Source of the DNA: Synechococcus sp.
GTDB lineage: Bacteria; Cyanobacteriota; Cyanobacteriia; Thermostichales; PCC-7336
Length of the DNA stretch: 48,822 nucleotides
Direction of reading: 5' to 3'
NCBI GenBank assembly: GCA_051439605.1
Contig: JBFRWN010000020.1
Coordinates: forward strand, 1 to 48,822
Below, in pieces: positions 19,022 through 30,003 of the stretch. The notes under the pieces are model-generated. The model was not told the origin of the DNA and did not search any database. It was given only the letters and a program-made list of their open reading frames with translations. Position 1 is the stretch's first letter; the number at the start of each line of letters is the position of its first letter. The translations under genes were made by a program, and so were the position numbers.

Positions 19022-21760
19022 ATGGGTATTTCCGTTTTGAAACAGCAATCTGACAGAACTGGTATAGAAAACCCGTCTGACGTACATGCCGATCCATTGC
19101 TGAACTCAACGCTTGAGGGAACTGTGTCGGAGGAAAACACCGGTTCAAGCACCAATTCCCCAGGCGGCAAAAACCCAAACAGTCATTCTCTTAGCAACTC
19201 CTCAGATAAGACTGCACAGGTTGTAAAGCTCGATCGTGAGGCAACCCAAGAACTTGTGGATTGGGCGGGCGAGGTCGAACAATCTAGCGAAACGTTGTTT
19301 CGGCAAGCTCAAATGCTGGCAACGCGCTTAGGGGGGCACTGTCGTCCCGACGGTAGTGTTTCCTTTGGGTTTTGGGCGCCGGAACTGGCCCCGGGCACCA
19401 TTTTGCTGAAAGACGTTTACCTAGAAGTCTTGACCCCGTTAGAGGCGTCAGACTTTTCCAAGCAGCATCAAACCCTAAGTTTTCGACGGGATTGCATCCA
19501 GCTGGAACAACAGGGGGAATATGTCTGGGGGGTTGTGCAGGGGCTCGCCATTGGCGATCGTCACCAGCTTGGGTCTCTCTACTGGCTGCGTTATTTGAGC
19601 GAAAGTTTAGATCCCAACGAAGTGGGGCTCTCAGTGCGCACGGTGATTCACGATGTACTGGCAACATCGTTACCGTTTGGGGTCTTTGCCCCTGCGGAGG
19701 TATATGACTTCGAGCGCCTGCAATCCGAGCGGTCCGATCTGGACTATTTTGGGCCCGTCCAAAGGGGGCCTGGCGCAGCTGTACAAGTGCAACCTCCCAG
19801 CAATATCTTGCAAATACATATTGGGACTGCTTCAAAACAAGGTTCCATAGCAGGATTGACCCGCATCTATCGGACCATCGCTGACAAAGTTTCCGCTGGC
19901 CTTCCCCTGACGCCATCCGAACAAAACTACGTGGGCTACGAGGCCGTACAGCTATTGCCTGTGGAACCTACGGTTGAGTATCGAGAAGAGGGATATCAGT
20001 TTTGGCAGCCCCTGAACGACGATCCAACCCTCACAAAGGTAGATGTTGTTCTGCGCAAGCCCGATTCCCAAAACTGGGGCTACGACATCGTCCTGTCCGG
20101 GATGGCGGCTACCAACCCCGCCCTATTGGAAACGCAGCGACCGGATGAGTTAGTGGACTTGGTTGAAACGCTGCATACGTTTCCTAGCGGTCCCATCCAG
20201 CTGATTTATGACATTGTTTACGGCCATACAGATAACCAAGCGATGGAGCTGTTGAACGGGCGCTATTTCAAAGGTCCCAATATGTACGGTCAGGATGTCA
20301 ACCATCAAAATCCCACCGTCCGAGCAATCCTACTGGAAATGCAGCGCCGCAAGGTAAATACCGGCGCAGATGGGATCCGAGTGGATGGGGCTCAAGATTT
20401 TAAATTCTTCAATCCCTTATCCGGAAAGGTCGACTACGACGATGCTTACTTACAGGCAATGGCGGATCTGAAGCAAGAGATTGGCGGTCGCCGTCGCAAG
20501 TTATTCTGCATTTTTGAAGACGGTCGTCCCTGGCCGGAAGAAGGGTGGGAGCAGTCTTCAACCTATCTAGATATGATTCGGTTGATTCCCGATTGCTATC
20601 AATGGGGGCCGTTGATTTTTGCCCACAATACCCCGGCCCTGACGGGGTTTTGGCAATACAAGTGGAATCGGGTGGAGGAGGTGATCTACCAAGGTTCCAA
20701 CTGGATTACGGGCTGCGGCAACCACGACACCCTGCGTCGCGGTACCCAAATTGACCCGAAAGGGGCCATCAATTGGAACTTGGGGGACAGCCTGTTCGAG
20801 GTGCTCAAAACTGCCTACGACAATCCTGCAACGACGCTGCTGACCTACGGGTTTATGCCTGGCCTGCCGATGGATTTCCTCAACGCTACCTCCCGCAGTC
20901 CGTGGGGGTTCGTACGAAACACGGATGATTATTACGGCGTCAAGGTGGTGTCAGAGGAAGGAGGCTTTCTTGAATGGCAGGTGCCCCCTGAGATGTACGA
21001 TGCCGACGAACATTTTCAGCGGCTGAAGGCGTTTGGGTTTACGGACTATGACGAATTAAAAGCTTTTATTCGAGCCCTGAACGAGGCCATTAGCGTGATG
21101 GAGTTCGACTTGGAGGGAGTCGTCCGCATTTGCCAGGATTGCTTGGCTGGAAATGTAGATTTTTCCACCTGGGAAGACAGCGAGATTCAAAACTATGCCC
21201 CCAGTTGTGCGATCTATGCGCGTGCCCTCAGCCAGTTGAATAAACCAGAAAAATCTAAGGGCCTTGCCGATTTAAGTGTGGAGCGACTGCAATGCTTCGC
21301 ACGTGCCTTTATGGAGGATTGCTACGATATCTGCAATGTCTCTCTCCACGAGTCAGCTCTCGATCCCACCCAAACCGCCTACAACTTAGCGGTTCGCCAG
21401 TTTCGCCATCAACATCCCTGGATAAGCCGAAATCTGCAGACGAAGGGGGATGTATTTGAGTCTGTGGGGGGCGAACAAACGACGGTATTCTGTGGCTGGC
21501 GCACCGAACCTCAGCCCTCGATCGCCCCCGAACGTCCCCTCCAACAAGTGGCGATCGTGGCCCACATGGGGGGCGAACCGATGGAGATTTCCCTTAAGAG
21601 TCTGCTACCCATCGAGCTGGCAAAGTGGCGTGTGGCGATCGCCTCTCCAGGTCTGGAGTTAAGCGGGAATTGCGAGGCAATCGATCGATTTGAGCTGCAG
21701 GACTCTCAGGCGGTGCTGTTGGTGCCAGCGAAACAAGGGTTGGAGGAGAAAGCGACCTAA
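19022..21760 (+). CDS. gghA: Glucosylglycerol hydrolase (Slr1670-type, alpha-amylase-like)
   Basis: RLG.H, PFGVFAPAEVYD, QNWGYD, YDIVYGH.DNQ, GADGIRVDGAQDF, FEDGRPWP and GCGNHDTLRRG. Divergent from ggpS and followed by glpK, as in Synechocystis. Start uncertain. Confidence 0.85.
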   Translation: MGISVLKQQSDRTGIENPSDVHADPLLNSTLEGTVSEENTGSSTNSPGGKNPNSHSLSNSSDKTAQVVKLDREATQELVDWAGEVEQSSETLFRQAQMLATRLGGHCRPDGSVSFGFWAPELAPGTILLKDVYLEVLTPLEASDFSKQHQTLSFRRDCIQLEQQGEYVWGVVQGLAIGDRHQLGSLYWLRYLSESLDPNEVGLSVRTVIHDVLATSLPFGVFAPAEVYDFERLQSERSDLDYFGPVQRGPGAAVQVQPPSNILQIHIGTASKQGSIAGLTRIYRTIADKVSAGLPLTPSEQNYVGYEAVQLLPVEPTVEYREEGYQFWQPLNDDPTLTKVDVVLRKPDSQNWGYDIVLSGMAATNPALLETQRPDELVDLVETLHTFPSGPIQLIYDIVYGHTDNQAMELLNGRYFKGPNMYGQDVNHQNPTVRAILLEMQRRKVNTGADGIRVDGAQDFKFFNPLSGKVDYDDAYLQAMADLKQEIGGRRRKLFCIFEDGRPWPEEGWEQSSTYLDMIRLIPDCYQWGPLIFAHNTPALTGFWQYKWNRVEEVIYQGSNWITGCGNHDTLRRGTQIDPKGAINWNLGDSLFEVLKTAYDNPATTLLTYGFMPGLPMDFLNATSRSPWGFVRNTDDYYGVKVVSEEGGFLEWQVPPEMYDADEHFQRLKAFGFTDYDELKAFIRALNEAISVMEFDLEGVVRICQDCLAGNVDFSTWEDSEIQNYAPSCAIYARALSQLNKPEKSKGLADLSVERLQCFARAFMEDCYDICNVSLHESALDPTQTAYNLAVRQFRHQHPWISRNLQTKGDVFESVGGEQTTVFCGWRTEPQPSIAPERPLQQVAIVAHMGGEPMEISLKSLLPIELAKWRVAIASPGLELSGNCEAIDRFELQDSQAVLLVPAKQGLEEKAT

Positions 21761-21865
21761 ATAACGAAGGATAAAACTGCCAACAATCTTTAAAACAATC
21801 AAACATCCGTGATTTTCTGGCATTTCTCACGTATGTGTGGCTGTAGTGCTGGATGAGGTTTTGGC

Positions 21866-23368
21866 GTGAGTTATATCTTGGCCCTCGACTTAGGAACCAC
21901 TGGCAATCGCGCCATCTTATTCGATGCGAATGGCCAGGCGATCGCCCAAGCGTATCAAGAATTTACTCAGTACTATCCTCAACCTGGCTGGCTGGAACAC
22001 GATGCCAGCGAAATATGGCGGGACACCCAACTGGTGATTCGGGAGGTCTTCGCCAAGTCGGCGATTGCACCGACAGCAATTCAAGCGGTGGGGCTCACCG
22101 TTCAGCGAGAAACCTGCTTGCTATGGGATAAGACCACCGGTGAGCCTTTACATAAGGCAATTGTCTGGCAGGATCGGCGCACGGCAGCGATGTGCGATCG
22201 CCTGCGTGAGGAAGGCCACGCCAAAACCATTGCAGACCGAACGGGGTTGGTCCTCGATGCTTATTTTTCGGCCACCAAGTTGCGCTGGCTGCTGGATACA
22301 GTCAAGCACGATCGGCCGAATTTGGATCTGGATACCGTTCTGGCGGGCACCATCGACACCTGGATTTTGTGGAATTTAACAGGCGGAACCGTTCACGCGA
22401 CAGACCACAGCAATGCCAGCCGTACCATGCTGTTCAACCTCGACTCGGGGGATTGGGACGATACCCTCTTAGACCTGTTTGAGATTCCCCGCCACCTACT
22501 GCCGGAGATTAAACCCAGCTTGGGGGAATTTGGCCGGTTTGTCCCCTCGGTTTGCAATGCAGAACTGCCCATTACTGCCATTTTGGGAGATCAACAGGCG
22601 GCTCTATTCGCCCATGGCTGCGATCGCCCCGGGTTGATGAAATGCACCTACGGAACTGGGTGCTTTCTAGTGGCCCACACGGGGGAGGAGATTGCGCGAT
22701 CCCAGAATCAACTGTTAACCACGGTGGCCTGGACGGAAGGCTCGAATTCAAACCAGCTCCAGGCAGGGTATGCCCTTGAAGGCAGTATGTTTACAGGAGG
22801 TGCTTGCATTCAGTGGCTGCGCGATGGATTAAAGCTGATTCAATCGTCTGCGGAAACCGAGGCCATTTGTCGATCGGTGCCAGATAGCAATGGAGTGGTG
22901 TTTGTCCCGGCCCTGAGCGGTTTGGGGGCTCCCCACTGGGATATGACTGCCAGGGGGGCGTTTTTCGGCATTACCGGCGGCGTGCAGCAGCAGCATTTGG
23001 TGCGCGCGGTGTTGGAGGCGATCGCCTATCAGGTGTGCGAGATTGTGGAATGCATCAATAAAGATATGGGGACGCCCATTCGACGCTTGAAGGTGGACGG
23101 TGGTGCCTGCCAGAACAATTTTTTAATGCAGTTTCAGGCAGATGCCGCAGGGATAGAAGTGGAGCGTCCGGCGATTGCCGATGCAACGGCGCAAGGGGCT
23201 GCGTTTGCGGCCGGTTTGGCAGTGGGCTTTTATTCCAGCTATGCAGATATCGTCACGCAGCGTACCGTCGATCGGGTTTTTGTTCCGGGGGAAGGAGCAA
23301 CTCTAGCTCGGCAGAATTTTGCACTCTGGAAAGAGGCTGTGAAACGGGTTAAAAACTGGGCTATGTAA
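21866..23368 (+). CDS. glpK: Glycerol kinase
   Basis: YILALDLGTTG.R, QRET, AIVWQDRRT, YFSATK, GDQQAALF, K.TYGTGCF, YALEGS and GLGAPHWD. Confidence 0.97.
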   Translation: MSYILALDLGTTGNRAILFDANGQAIAQAYQEFTQYYPQPGWLEHDASEIWRDTQLVIREVFAKSAIAPTAIQAVGLTVQRETCLLWDKTTGEPLHKAIVWQDRRTAAMCDRLREEGHAKTIADRTGLVLDAYFSATKLRWLLDTVKHDRPNLDLDTVLAGTIDTWILWNLTGGTVHATDHSNASRTMLFNLDSGDWDDTLLDLFEIPRHLLPEIKPSLGEFGRFVPSVCNAELPITAILGDQQAALFAHGCDRPGLMKCTYGTGCFLVAHTGEEIARSQNQLLTTVAWTEGSNSNQLQAGYALEGSMFTGGACIQWLRDGLKLIQSSAETEAICRSVPDSNGVVFVPALSGLGAPHWDMTARGAFFGITGGVQQQHLVRAVLEAIAYQVCEIVECINKDMGTPIRRLKVDGGACQNNFLMQFQADAAGIEVERPAIADATAQGAAFAAGLAVGFYSSYADIVTQRTVDRVFVPGEGATLARQNFALWKEAVKRVKNWAM

Positions 23369-23620
23369 AGGCGACTTAGTAGATGCGTTTCAAAGCCAGC
23401 AGCGATAGGGTGGTACTCCGAGCAGCTATCAGTTCACTGAAACGCTTATTGAGTCAAGCTGGGAGAGTTTGACGAACAATCAATAGCGCGATCTTGGCTC
23501 GCACCGCGCCGAAAAAACAAGGTGGGGGATTTCCAAGGCTTCTCAGATGATGCAAAAAACATCTCCGGTGTTTTTTAAAGACCGCAACGTACTTCCAATG
23601 CCTAACTTGATAGCAGCTGC

Positions 23621-23770
23621 TTAGAGACTAAAAAAACCGACAAATAACAAGGGAACCAGTAGAATCATTACGCAAATCAATATCAATGTACTGGCATCAA
23701 TGCCGACCACTGCAGGTATAAGTGTCTTTTGGCGAGAGGATTCCTTTACTTCTTTATTAGTGGAATTCAT
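23621..23770 (-). CDS. Small membrane protein (~49 aa)
   Basis: MNSTNKEVKE..GIDASTLILICVMILLVPLLFVGFFSL*; a single C-terminal TM helix; purine-rich sequence upstream of ATG 23770. Confidence 0.55.
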   Translation of the reverse strand: MNSTNKEVKESSRQKTLIPAVVGIDASTLILICVMILLVPLLFVGFFSL

Positions 23771-24266
23771 GACTATTCTTTCCATTTTGGACAACTGTAT
23801 CAAGGCGAATCTTCGCGCCCCTCGCTGTTTATCTATTGCACGATGGAAACAAAGACTTGAGCAACATACTTTCGTGACTTGCTGAAAAAGAAATCTCCAA
23901 TCGCCGACTGTCTTGCACCGCTAATCTCAGGATAATTTACAGTGGGAGGATCGGACGGTTTGATAAAGGAAAATTAAACTAGACGTCTATGTTCAATTCC
24001 ACCCATTACTGAGAACCGAATCGGAAGGGGTGGCTCGCGCAATAGTTCGGTCGCTATTAGCTCTGTGTCGATTGGGTGGACTGTCGCGATTACAGGAGCG
24101 CCAGCGAACGCTGCCTCAGCCAAACCTTTAGTCAGTCGATTGTACTCGTGGATCTGTTCGAGAAATGCGAGCCTAGCTCCCATCCTGTTGTTATGGTTTC
24201 AATCAAACGCCATAGCACTAGGCTGTTTTAGCCGATCGAAATCTCTCATTAACTATAGAGAAATTC

Positions 24267-26030
24267 ATGACTCAACCGTGGTGGCAGGGGGCAACAATCT
24301 ATGAAATATATATCCGCAGCTTTTTTGACAGCAATGGGGATGGGGTAGGCGATTTATATGGCATTACCTCCAAGCTGCGATACATCCAGAAACTTGGGGT
24401 AGACGCCATTTGGATTACCCCGTTCTTTCGATCGCCCATGAAAGATTTCGGCTACGACGTCGAAGATTACGAGTCAGTGGCGGAGGAATTTGGCAGCATT
24501 GACGATTTTGACTATTTGGTGCGCAAGGCCCACGAACTCGGGCTAAAAGTCCTAATCGACCAGGTGTGGGGACATACATCCATGGCCCATCCGTGGTTTC
24601 GAAAAAGCCGACGTAGCGGTCTGAATCAAAAGGCCGACTGGTATGTTTGGCACGATGCCCGCAAAGATGGCAGCCCCCCTAATAACTGGTTCTCCTTCTT
24701 TGGAGGAGCCGCTTGGGAATGGGACGCCACCCGCGAACAATATTATTTACATCATTTTCTAGCTAGCCAGCCAGCCCTCAATCTGCACCATCCTGATGTG
24801 CTCGAAGAATTACTCGAAGTGGGGCGGTTCTGGCTCGATCGCGGCGTGGATGGATTTCGCCTCGATGCCGTCCCGTTTTACATGCACGATCCGACATTTA
24901 AGAACAATCCCCCTAGACCGCCAGGGGAACCCGCCCCCGATGGCTTTTCCCCCAATCTGCCATCGGTGCGTCAAGTGCAAAAACACAACATTGCCCACCC
25001 CGATTTGCTGGAGATCCTGACTGAAATTCGCAAGGTGACCGACGAATATGCCGATCGCGTTTTGCTAGGGGAGGTGGCGGGGGAGCATTCTGTGCAACTA
25101 GCGGCGAACTATACCGGCCCGAAGAAGTTGCATATGGCTTATAACTTTGGCCTGTTGAAAACCTGTTCGCAGCCAGCAGACATTGTCCGGCTGATTCGCT
25201 CGACGATCGCGGAGGCCCCCAAAGATGCCCTAGAAAACGGGCGCATTTGCTGGGCGATCGGCAACCACGATGTGGCGCGGGTGTTTACCCGCTGGGGTGG
25301 AGAACATATTTCTGATGGTCACCAACAGCAAGCCTTCAACAAGCTTGTTGCGGCCGTGCAGTTGAGCTTGCCTGGCAGCGCCTGCATTTATCAGGGAGAA
25401 GAATTGGGGTTAGCGCAGGTGGATTTGCCCTTCCGACAGCTCAAAGATCCCTACGATCGCTCTTTGTACCCCAACCATCAAGGGCGCGATGGCTGTCGTA
25501 CCCCCATGCCATGGAAACGAGAGAGTGCAAACTGCGGATTTACGTCACCCAACCATCAACCTTGGTTACCGATTTCGGAAGAACATTACGATTCGGCCAT
25601 TTCGACGCAGGATGGAGGAGGGAATGCGGGCTCGATTCTGAATGCCTACCGGCGTTTTTTGCACTGGCGTAAATCTCTGCCAGTAATGAAGTATGGTGGC
25701 ATACGATTGGTACCCATCAGCAATAAAGATGGTGCTGGAGATTCTGTATTAGTTTACTTGCGCTTTATCAAGAACGAAGGGATTCTTTTACTGTTTAATT
25801 TCAGCCATAATTCAACCTTTATTCGCATTGAATGCGATGCCTTGCCTCAGCAATTTAGAGCGAATAAATATCTCAAGGAGATTCGGACCTACGATTTCCA
25901 GTGGGATTTTCAAGGGGGTGGCGTTCGTTTAGATCCGTTTGGATTGGGGATTGTATCGCTTCCCAATTCAGACAAAATTAAAGCCCATGCCCAATGGCAG
26001 CCTTCTGGCTCCGAAGATGGTTCAAGCTGA
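24267..26030 (+). CDS. GH13 alpha-glucosidase (oligo-1,6-/alpha-glucosidase type)
   Basis: WW..ATIYEIY.RSF.DSNGDG.GDL.GI, SPMKDFGYDV, YYLH.F..QP.LN, catalytic GFRLDAV, LLGEV, GNHD, YQGEELG and GRDGCRTPMPW. Confidence 0.92.
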   Translation: MTQPWWQGATIYEIYIRSFFDSNGDGVGDLYGITSKLRYIQKLGVDAIWITPFFRSPMKDFGYDVEDYESVAEEFGSIDDFDYLVRKAHELGLKVLIDQVWGHTSMAHPWFRKSRRSGLNQKADWYVWHDARKDGSPPNNWFSFFGGAAWEWDATREQYYLHHFLASQPALNLHHPDVLEELLEVGRFWLDRGVDGFRLDAVPFYMHDPTFKNNPPRPPGEPAPDGFSPNLPSVRQVQKHNIAHPDLLEILTEIRKVTDEYADRVLLGEVAGEHSVQLAANYTGPKKLHMAYNFGLLKTCSQPADIVRLIRSTIAEAPKDALENGRICWAIGNHDVARVFTRWGGEHISDGHQQQAFNKLVAAVQLSLPGSACIYQGEELGLAQVDLPFRQLKDPYDRSLYPNHQGRDGCRTPMPWKRESANCGFTSPNHQPWLPISEEHYDSAISTQDGGGNAGSILNAYRRFLHWRKSLPVMKYGGIRLVPISNKDGAGDSVLVYLRFIKNEGILLLFNFSHNSTFIRIECDALPQQFRANKYLKEIRTYDFQWDFQGGGVRLDPFGLGIVSLPNSDKIKAHAQWQPSGSEDGSS

Positions 26031-26059
26031 CAAATTGTAGATAGCCAACCAGAATCTTC

Positions 26060-27349
26060 CTAAACATTCTTTGCCCGCTGCTGCGCAGCCGATCGAAACA
26101 TCGAAATATACTCCCGATGTCCACCGGCAAATACCATATCGAGCCTTAACGGTTCGGCATCATCTAACGGATCCCCCGGCCCCTCGATCGCTACAGGTCC
26201 CTCGGGACAGCTGCGATCGACCTTAACCGGCTTGCGGTTTTTCAATTCCCCACCGCTGCTGTCGATGTACGTCACCACATTGCCGGTGTCGAACTTGCGG
26301 CCAATCTCCTGAATCAGTTGCAGGAAATTGCGATCGCTCCCTCCCCGTCTCGCCACTTTCTGCCCTTGCTCCACCACCACAGAACTATTGATGGTATCTC
26401 CCACCCCCACCATCACCGGCATCATTGCAGGATCGAAGTTGTCCAACACTAATTCCAGCAACTCGCTCAAGTCGTGCGGGGCTTGGCGGGTACTAAACTG
26501 CTCTCCGAGCGGAAACTGTCCTTGGCGTTGATAATAGTAGCGGTTGAGCAGTGCCAGTACCCCTGCTTCTTTGACCGCACCCCGCAACATAAACTGAATA
26601 TCTGTGGTGCCCGAGTCGCGATCGCTAGCCCAGCGCACAAGCTCTTTACCTGCGCGATCGCGACCTAAATTCGGTGCCAAATGAAGGAAAAACGAGTCCT
26701 CCAACCCTCGTTCGCTGGCATCAACTAGCAGGTCCTCCATCAAATCCAGCATGCGTTTCTGCAATTCGATATAGAGGTCCACGCGATCGCCCAACGCCTG
26801 GTGCATGAGGTTCAGGTTGGCACTCGGAGACGCTATGTTGTCGAGAACCGAGACTTGAATGTAGCGGTTGGCCTCATCCTCGGAAAACACCTCGGGATGC
26901 GCCGCAGTAAATTGCTGCAAACACCCTCGAATGCGATCGGGGACCGCCGCCAAAAAGGACAGCTCTGTTTGGCTGACACCGGGATGGTCGATGTTGCCAA
27001 ACCGGTCTTGCCATTGCACCCCGCCAGCAGCCAAGCCAGGTAAATAGTAGCCCTTGGTCCTGACCAGCTCGCGATCTCCAAAAGACCGTTCCACAATGGC
27101 ATTCACCCCTCGCCGTCCTGTATGTTCTCCGTTGGTCAGGACGTAGAAGTTACCGTCAAAGTGCTGCGTATCGGCCACATACGCTGGATCGATCTGGCGG
27201 GTGAGAGGATCGTTGACCAGCTCCATACATACTCCATCTAGGTCCTGGATAATCAGTACATCTTGGGTACGACCCAGTAGATGAGCCAGGCTGGCGGTAT
27301 TGAGCGACAACGGTGGCTCGTTCAGAAGGGGATGCAGTGTTGCAGGCAT
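26060..27349 (-). CDS. ggpP: Glucosylglycerol-3-phosphate phosphatase (StpA/GgpP)
   Basis: IIQDLDGVCM.LV.DPLTR, VLTNGEH.G.RGVN, LPGLAAGGVQWQD, GTTD.QFM, GVGDT, RRGGSDR.FL and DSSGGE. Confidence 0.93.
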   Translation of the reverse strand: MPATLHPLLNEPPLSLNTASLAHLLGRTQDVLIIQDLDGVCMELVNDPLTRQIDPAYVADTQHFDGNFYVLTNGEHTGRRGVNAIVERSFGDRELVRTKGYYLPGLAAGGVQWQDRFGNIDHPGVSQTELSFLAAVPDRIRGCLQQFTAAHPEVFSEDEANRYIQVSVLDNIASPSANLNLMHQALGDRVDLYIELQKRMLDLMEDLLVDASERGLEDSFFLHLAPNLGRDRAGKELVRWASDRDSGTTDIQFMLRGAVKEAGVLALLNRYYYQRQGQFPLGEQFSTRQAPHDLSELLELVLDNFDPAMMPVMVGVGDTINSSVVVEQGQKVARRGGSDRNFLQLIQEIGRKFDTGNVVTYIDSSGGELKNRKPVKVDRSCPEGPVAIEGPGDPLDDAEPLRLDMVFAGGHREYISMFRSAAQQRAKNV

Positions 27350-27588
27350 AGAGTCAAAAGTATTGGCAGGAGCGATTGTTGAAATCACAAACATAGAGAA
27401 ACTACAACAACCTAACATTAGCGAAATGAGTTCCCAGAAAGGTGTCTCGTTCCCTGGTCATCCGACCGGTCACTGTTGAGAGTTGCGCAGATTCTTTCGC
27501 TGGGTCGATGAAGGCATTTGCTTGAGAACAACAGCCTGTTGTTTTCACGATAGCCTGACGGTGTTCCAGTTCCCCACGGTTGCGATCG

Positions 27589-28290
27589 ATGCTGCGCAGA
27601 CTTTTAACAGGCAACAGTACTCCTTGGCAGTTTCGGCTAATCACTGGCCCCTATTCCTTGCTGTTGGTTCTGCTGCTTGGCATTTTAATTTTGGCCGGCT
27701 TGTTTCCCAGACCGGTTGCCGATCCGCTGGTGTCTCTGACGATGACCTCTATTGTTGCGGTTACTCTGCAAACGCTGATGGTGCGACGTCAGCGCTACCT
27801 CTATCTTTCAATGGCTTTATTAGCCTTGGGACTCGACTTTCTCTACAGTTTGGCATCAAGACTCGATCTGCCGCTAGAAGAGACGTTTCACTTTCTAATT
27901 GGCTTTGTTTGGGTGTTATTCATCGGGCTCTCAATTGTCTTAGTTGCCCAAAGCATCTTTACCCGCAGCAACGTCACGCTGGATACCGTTATTGGAGGAA
28001 TCTGCATTTTTTTGATGTTGGGTTACCTTTGGTTCATTATTTTTGGGGTTCTCCACCTACTTAATCCCAATGCGGTTGCAGGGCCGGACGACACCATCGA
28101 TACTTTCGACCTGGTGTATTTCAGCTTTACAACCTTGACCACCGTTGGATATGGAGAATTTACCCCTGTTACACGAATGGCCAAGGTAGCTGCCAATGTA
28201 GAGTCGATCGTCGGAGTGCTCTATCCTGCCATTTTTATTGCCCGTCTGGTCAATACTTATCAGCAGCAAAACACCGAGGCAAACCGGTAG
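27589..28290 (+). CDS. Potassium channel family protein (Ion_trans_2 pore)
   Basis: Several TM helices; pore YFSFTTLTTVGYGEFTP; C-terminal AIFIARLV. Confidence 0.85.
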   Translation: MLRRLLTGNSTPWQFRLITGPYSLLLVLLLGILILAGLFPRPVADPLVSLTMTSIVAVTLQTLMVRRQRYLYLSMALLALGLDFLYSLASRLDLPLEETFHFLIGFVWVLFIGLSIVLVAQSIFTRSNVTLDTVIGGICIFLMLGYLWFIIFGVLHLLNPNAVAGPDDTIDTFDLVYFSFTTLTTVGYGEFTPVTRMAKVAANVESIVGVLYPAIFIARLVNTYQQQNTEANR

Positions 28291-28433
28291 TCACAATAGC
28301 GCCGCAAACAAGTATCTCGATCGGGACAAGCATCCGATCGGCACGTTATTTGACCGAGTATGGCTTTCCTAACGTCTCTAAAATACTGTCCGCAGCATAG
28401 ATAACTGATTGGGAGAATCTAAGGACGTTCACC

Positions 28434-29945
28434 TCATTCTGGAAGAGAAGCGGCAGGCACTTGAAAGGCAGCAAATAGAGTGTCTAGCTGGCTTCGAAGT
28501 TGCTGATTCAATTCTTTGTTTTCGTGGCTATTGGCTTTGGGCTGCCAACTCTGCGATCGCCGAGCTAGCGCTTGAGAGAGCTGCCATTTATGGCTAAAGG
28601 ATTCTCCCTCCAGAGCCGCGATCGCCTCCAGTTGCTCTGCACTGAACCCATCGCGATCGAGGGTTGCAATGGCTTCGGCATCAATGCGCATCGGATGCAA
28701 TTCTGCTGCAGACAGCACTAACCTTTCCCCATCGCGATCGAGCTGGACGCGCTCTCGCACCAGCGATCGAAATTGCACGGCACTCGATACCGACTCGTTC
28801 TCCAAGTCCTCGAGTGCTGCGATTGCAATTCCCCCTTCCGATAACCGTTCCAATGCTGGTGGAGAGAGGCGAAAGGACACCGGTTGGAAAACCTGCTGCC
28901 CGAAGACGTTCTGAACCACAAACAGCAATATAAACCCCATTACCGCTGACATGACGGGTGTCGTTACCCAACCCGAGGCTATCCCTGCCAGTACCCGCCA
29001 TTTAATCTGGCGAATTCCTTTTAACCCTTGCAAAAGCCCAATACCGATCACCGCCCCGATCACTGCCTGGGAACTGGAAACCGGGATCAGGGGAATCGGC
29101 GGTAACCCCATGCTGACAAAGGCATTAGATAACTCGGAAGAGGAAAAAATGAACAGCACCAGCGAGTGGGCCACCACCACCACCAGAGCACCGAGGGGGG
29201 AGAGGGTCATAACGCTGCCCCCCACTGTCATCATCACTCGCTTGGAATAGGTGATGACGCCAACGGCAATGGCGATCGCTCCCAACAAAAACAATTGTTC
29301 TACGCCAGTGATGGATAAACCTCCGGCAAGAGATACGTCCTCAAACGGGTTAGAGGACACGAATACTCCCATAACATTGCCGATGTTGTTGGCCCCCAGG
29401 GCATACGAGCCGAAGATGCCGGCAAAAATCAATCCTCCTCGGACGTTATAGTCTAGCTGCAGTAAATGGGGCTTAGTGGCCTTAACCAACATCACCAGCA
29501 GCTTGTAGAGAATCGCTGCAAAAATCGCCCCCAGAATCGGACAAAAGACCCAAGTGCCGACAATCTTGCTGAGGCTTTGCAAGTTGGTGATGGAACCGCT
29601 GAACCAATTCCATCCCACGATTCCTCCGACGACTGCTTGAGTGGTGGATACCGGCAAGCCTAATTTAGTCATCCACAACACTGTCGCGGCTGCAGACAAG
29701 GCCACAGTAAACGACCCCCCCAAGGCGTTGACGGCCCCAAGCGCTCCCAATCCCCCTGCGGCTCCGGCTCCACCAATCACAGCTCCTAAAATCACGAAGA
29801 TGCTACATAACACTGCCGCCGTGGAAAAGCGCACCATGCGAGTCCCAACTGCCGAGCCAAACACGTTCGATGCGTCGTTGGCCCCCAACGACCAGCCCAA
29901 AAACAGGCCGCTAGATAAAAAGATTAAAATTGTGATTAGATCCAT
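28434..29945 (-). CDS. Inorganic phosphate transporter, PiT family, with soluble C-terminal extension
   Basis: GANDASNVFG, GLPVSTTQAVVG, GANNIGNVMG and PVSSSQAVIG signature repeats. Confidence 0.92.
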   Translation of the reverse strand: MDLITILIFLSSGLFLGWSLGANDASNVFGSAVGTRMVRFSTAAVLCSIFVILGAVIGGAGAAGGLGALGAVNALGGSFTVALSAAATVLWMTKLGLPVSTTQAVVGGIVGWNWFSGSITNLQSLSKIVGTWVFCPILGAIFAAILYKLLVMLVKATKPHLLQLDYNVRGGLIFAGIFGSYALGANNIGNVMGVFVSSNPFEDVSLAGGLSITGVEQLFLLGAIAIAVGVITYSKRVMMTVGGSVMTLSPLGALVVVVAHSLVLFIFSSSELSNAFVSMGLPPIPLIPVSSSQAVIGAVIGIGLLQGLKGIRQIKWRVLAGIASGWVTTPVMSAVMGFILLFVVQNVFGQQVFQPVSFRLSPPALERLSEGGIAIAALEDLENESVSSAVQFRSLVRERVQLDRDGERLVLSAAELHPMRIDAEAIATLDRDGFSAEQLEAIAALEGESFSHKWQLSQALARRSQSWQPKANSHENKELNQQLRSQLDTLFAAFQVPAASLPE

Positions 29946-30003
29946 TGTTTGTACACTGTAGCGGGTTTTCGCAGTGCCTCTTTATGGCAATTGTGCTTTG
30001 CGA

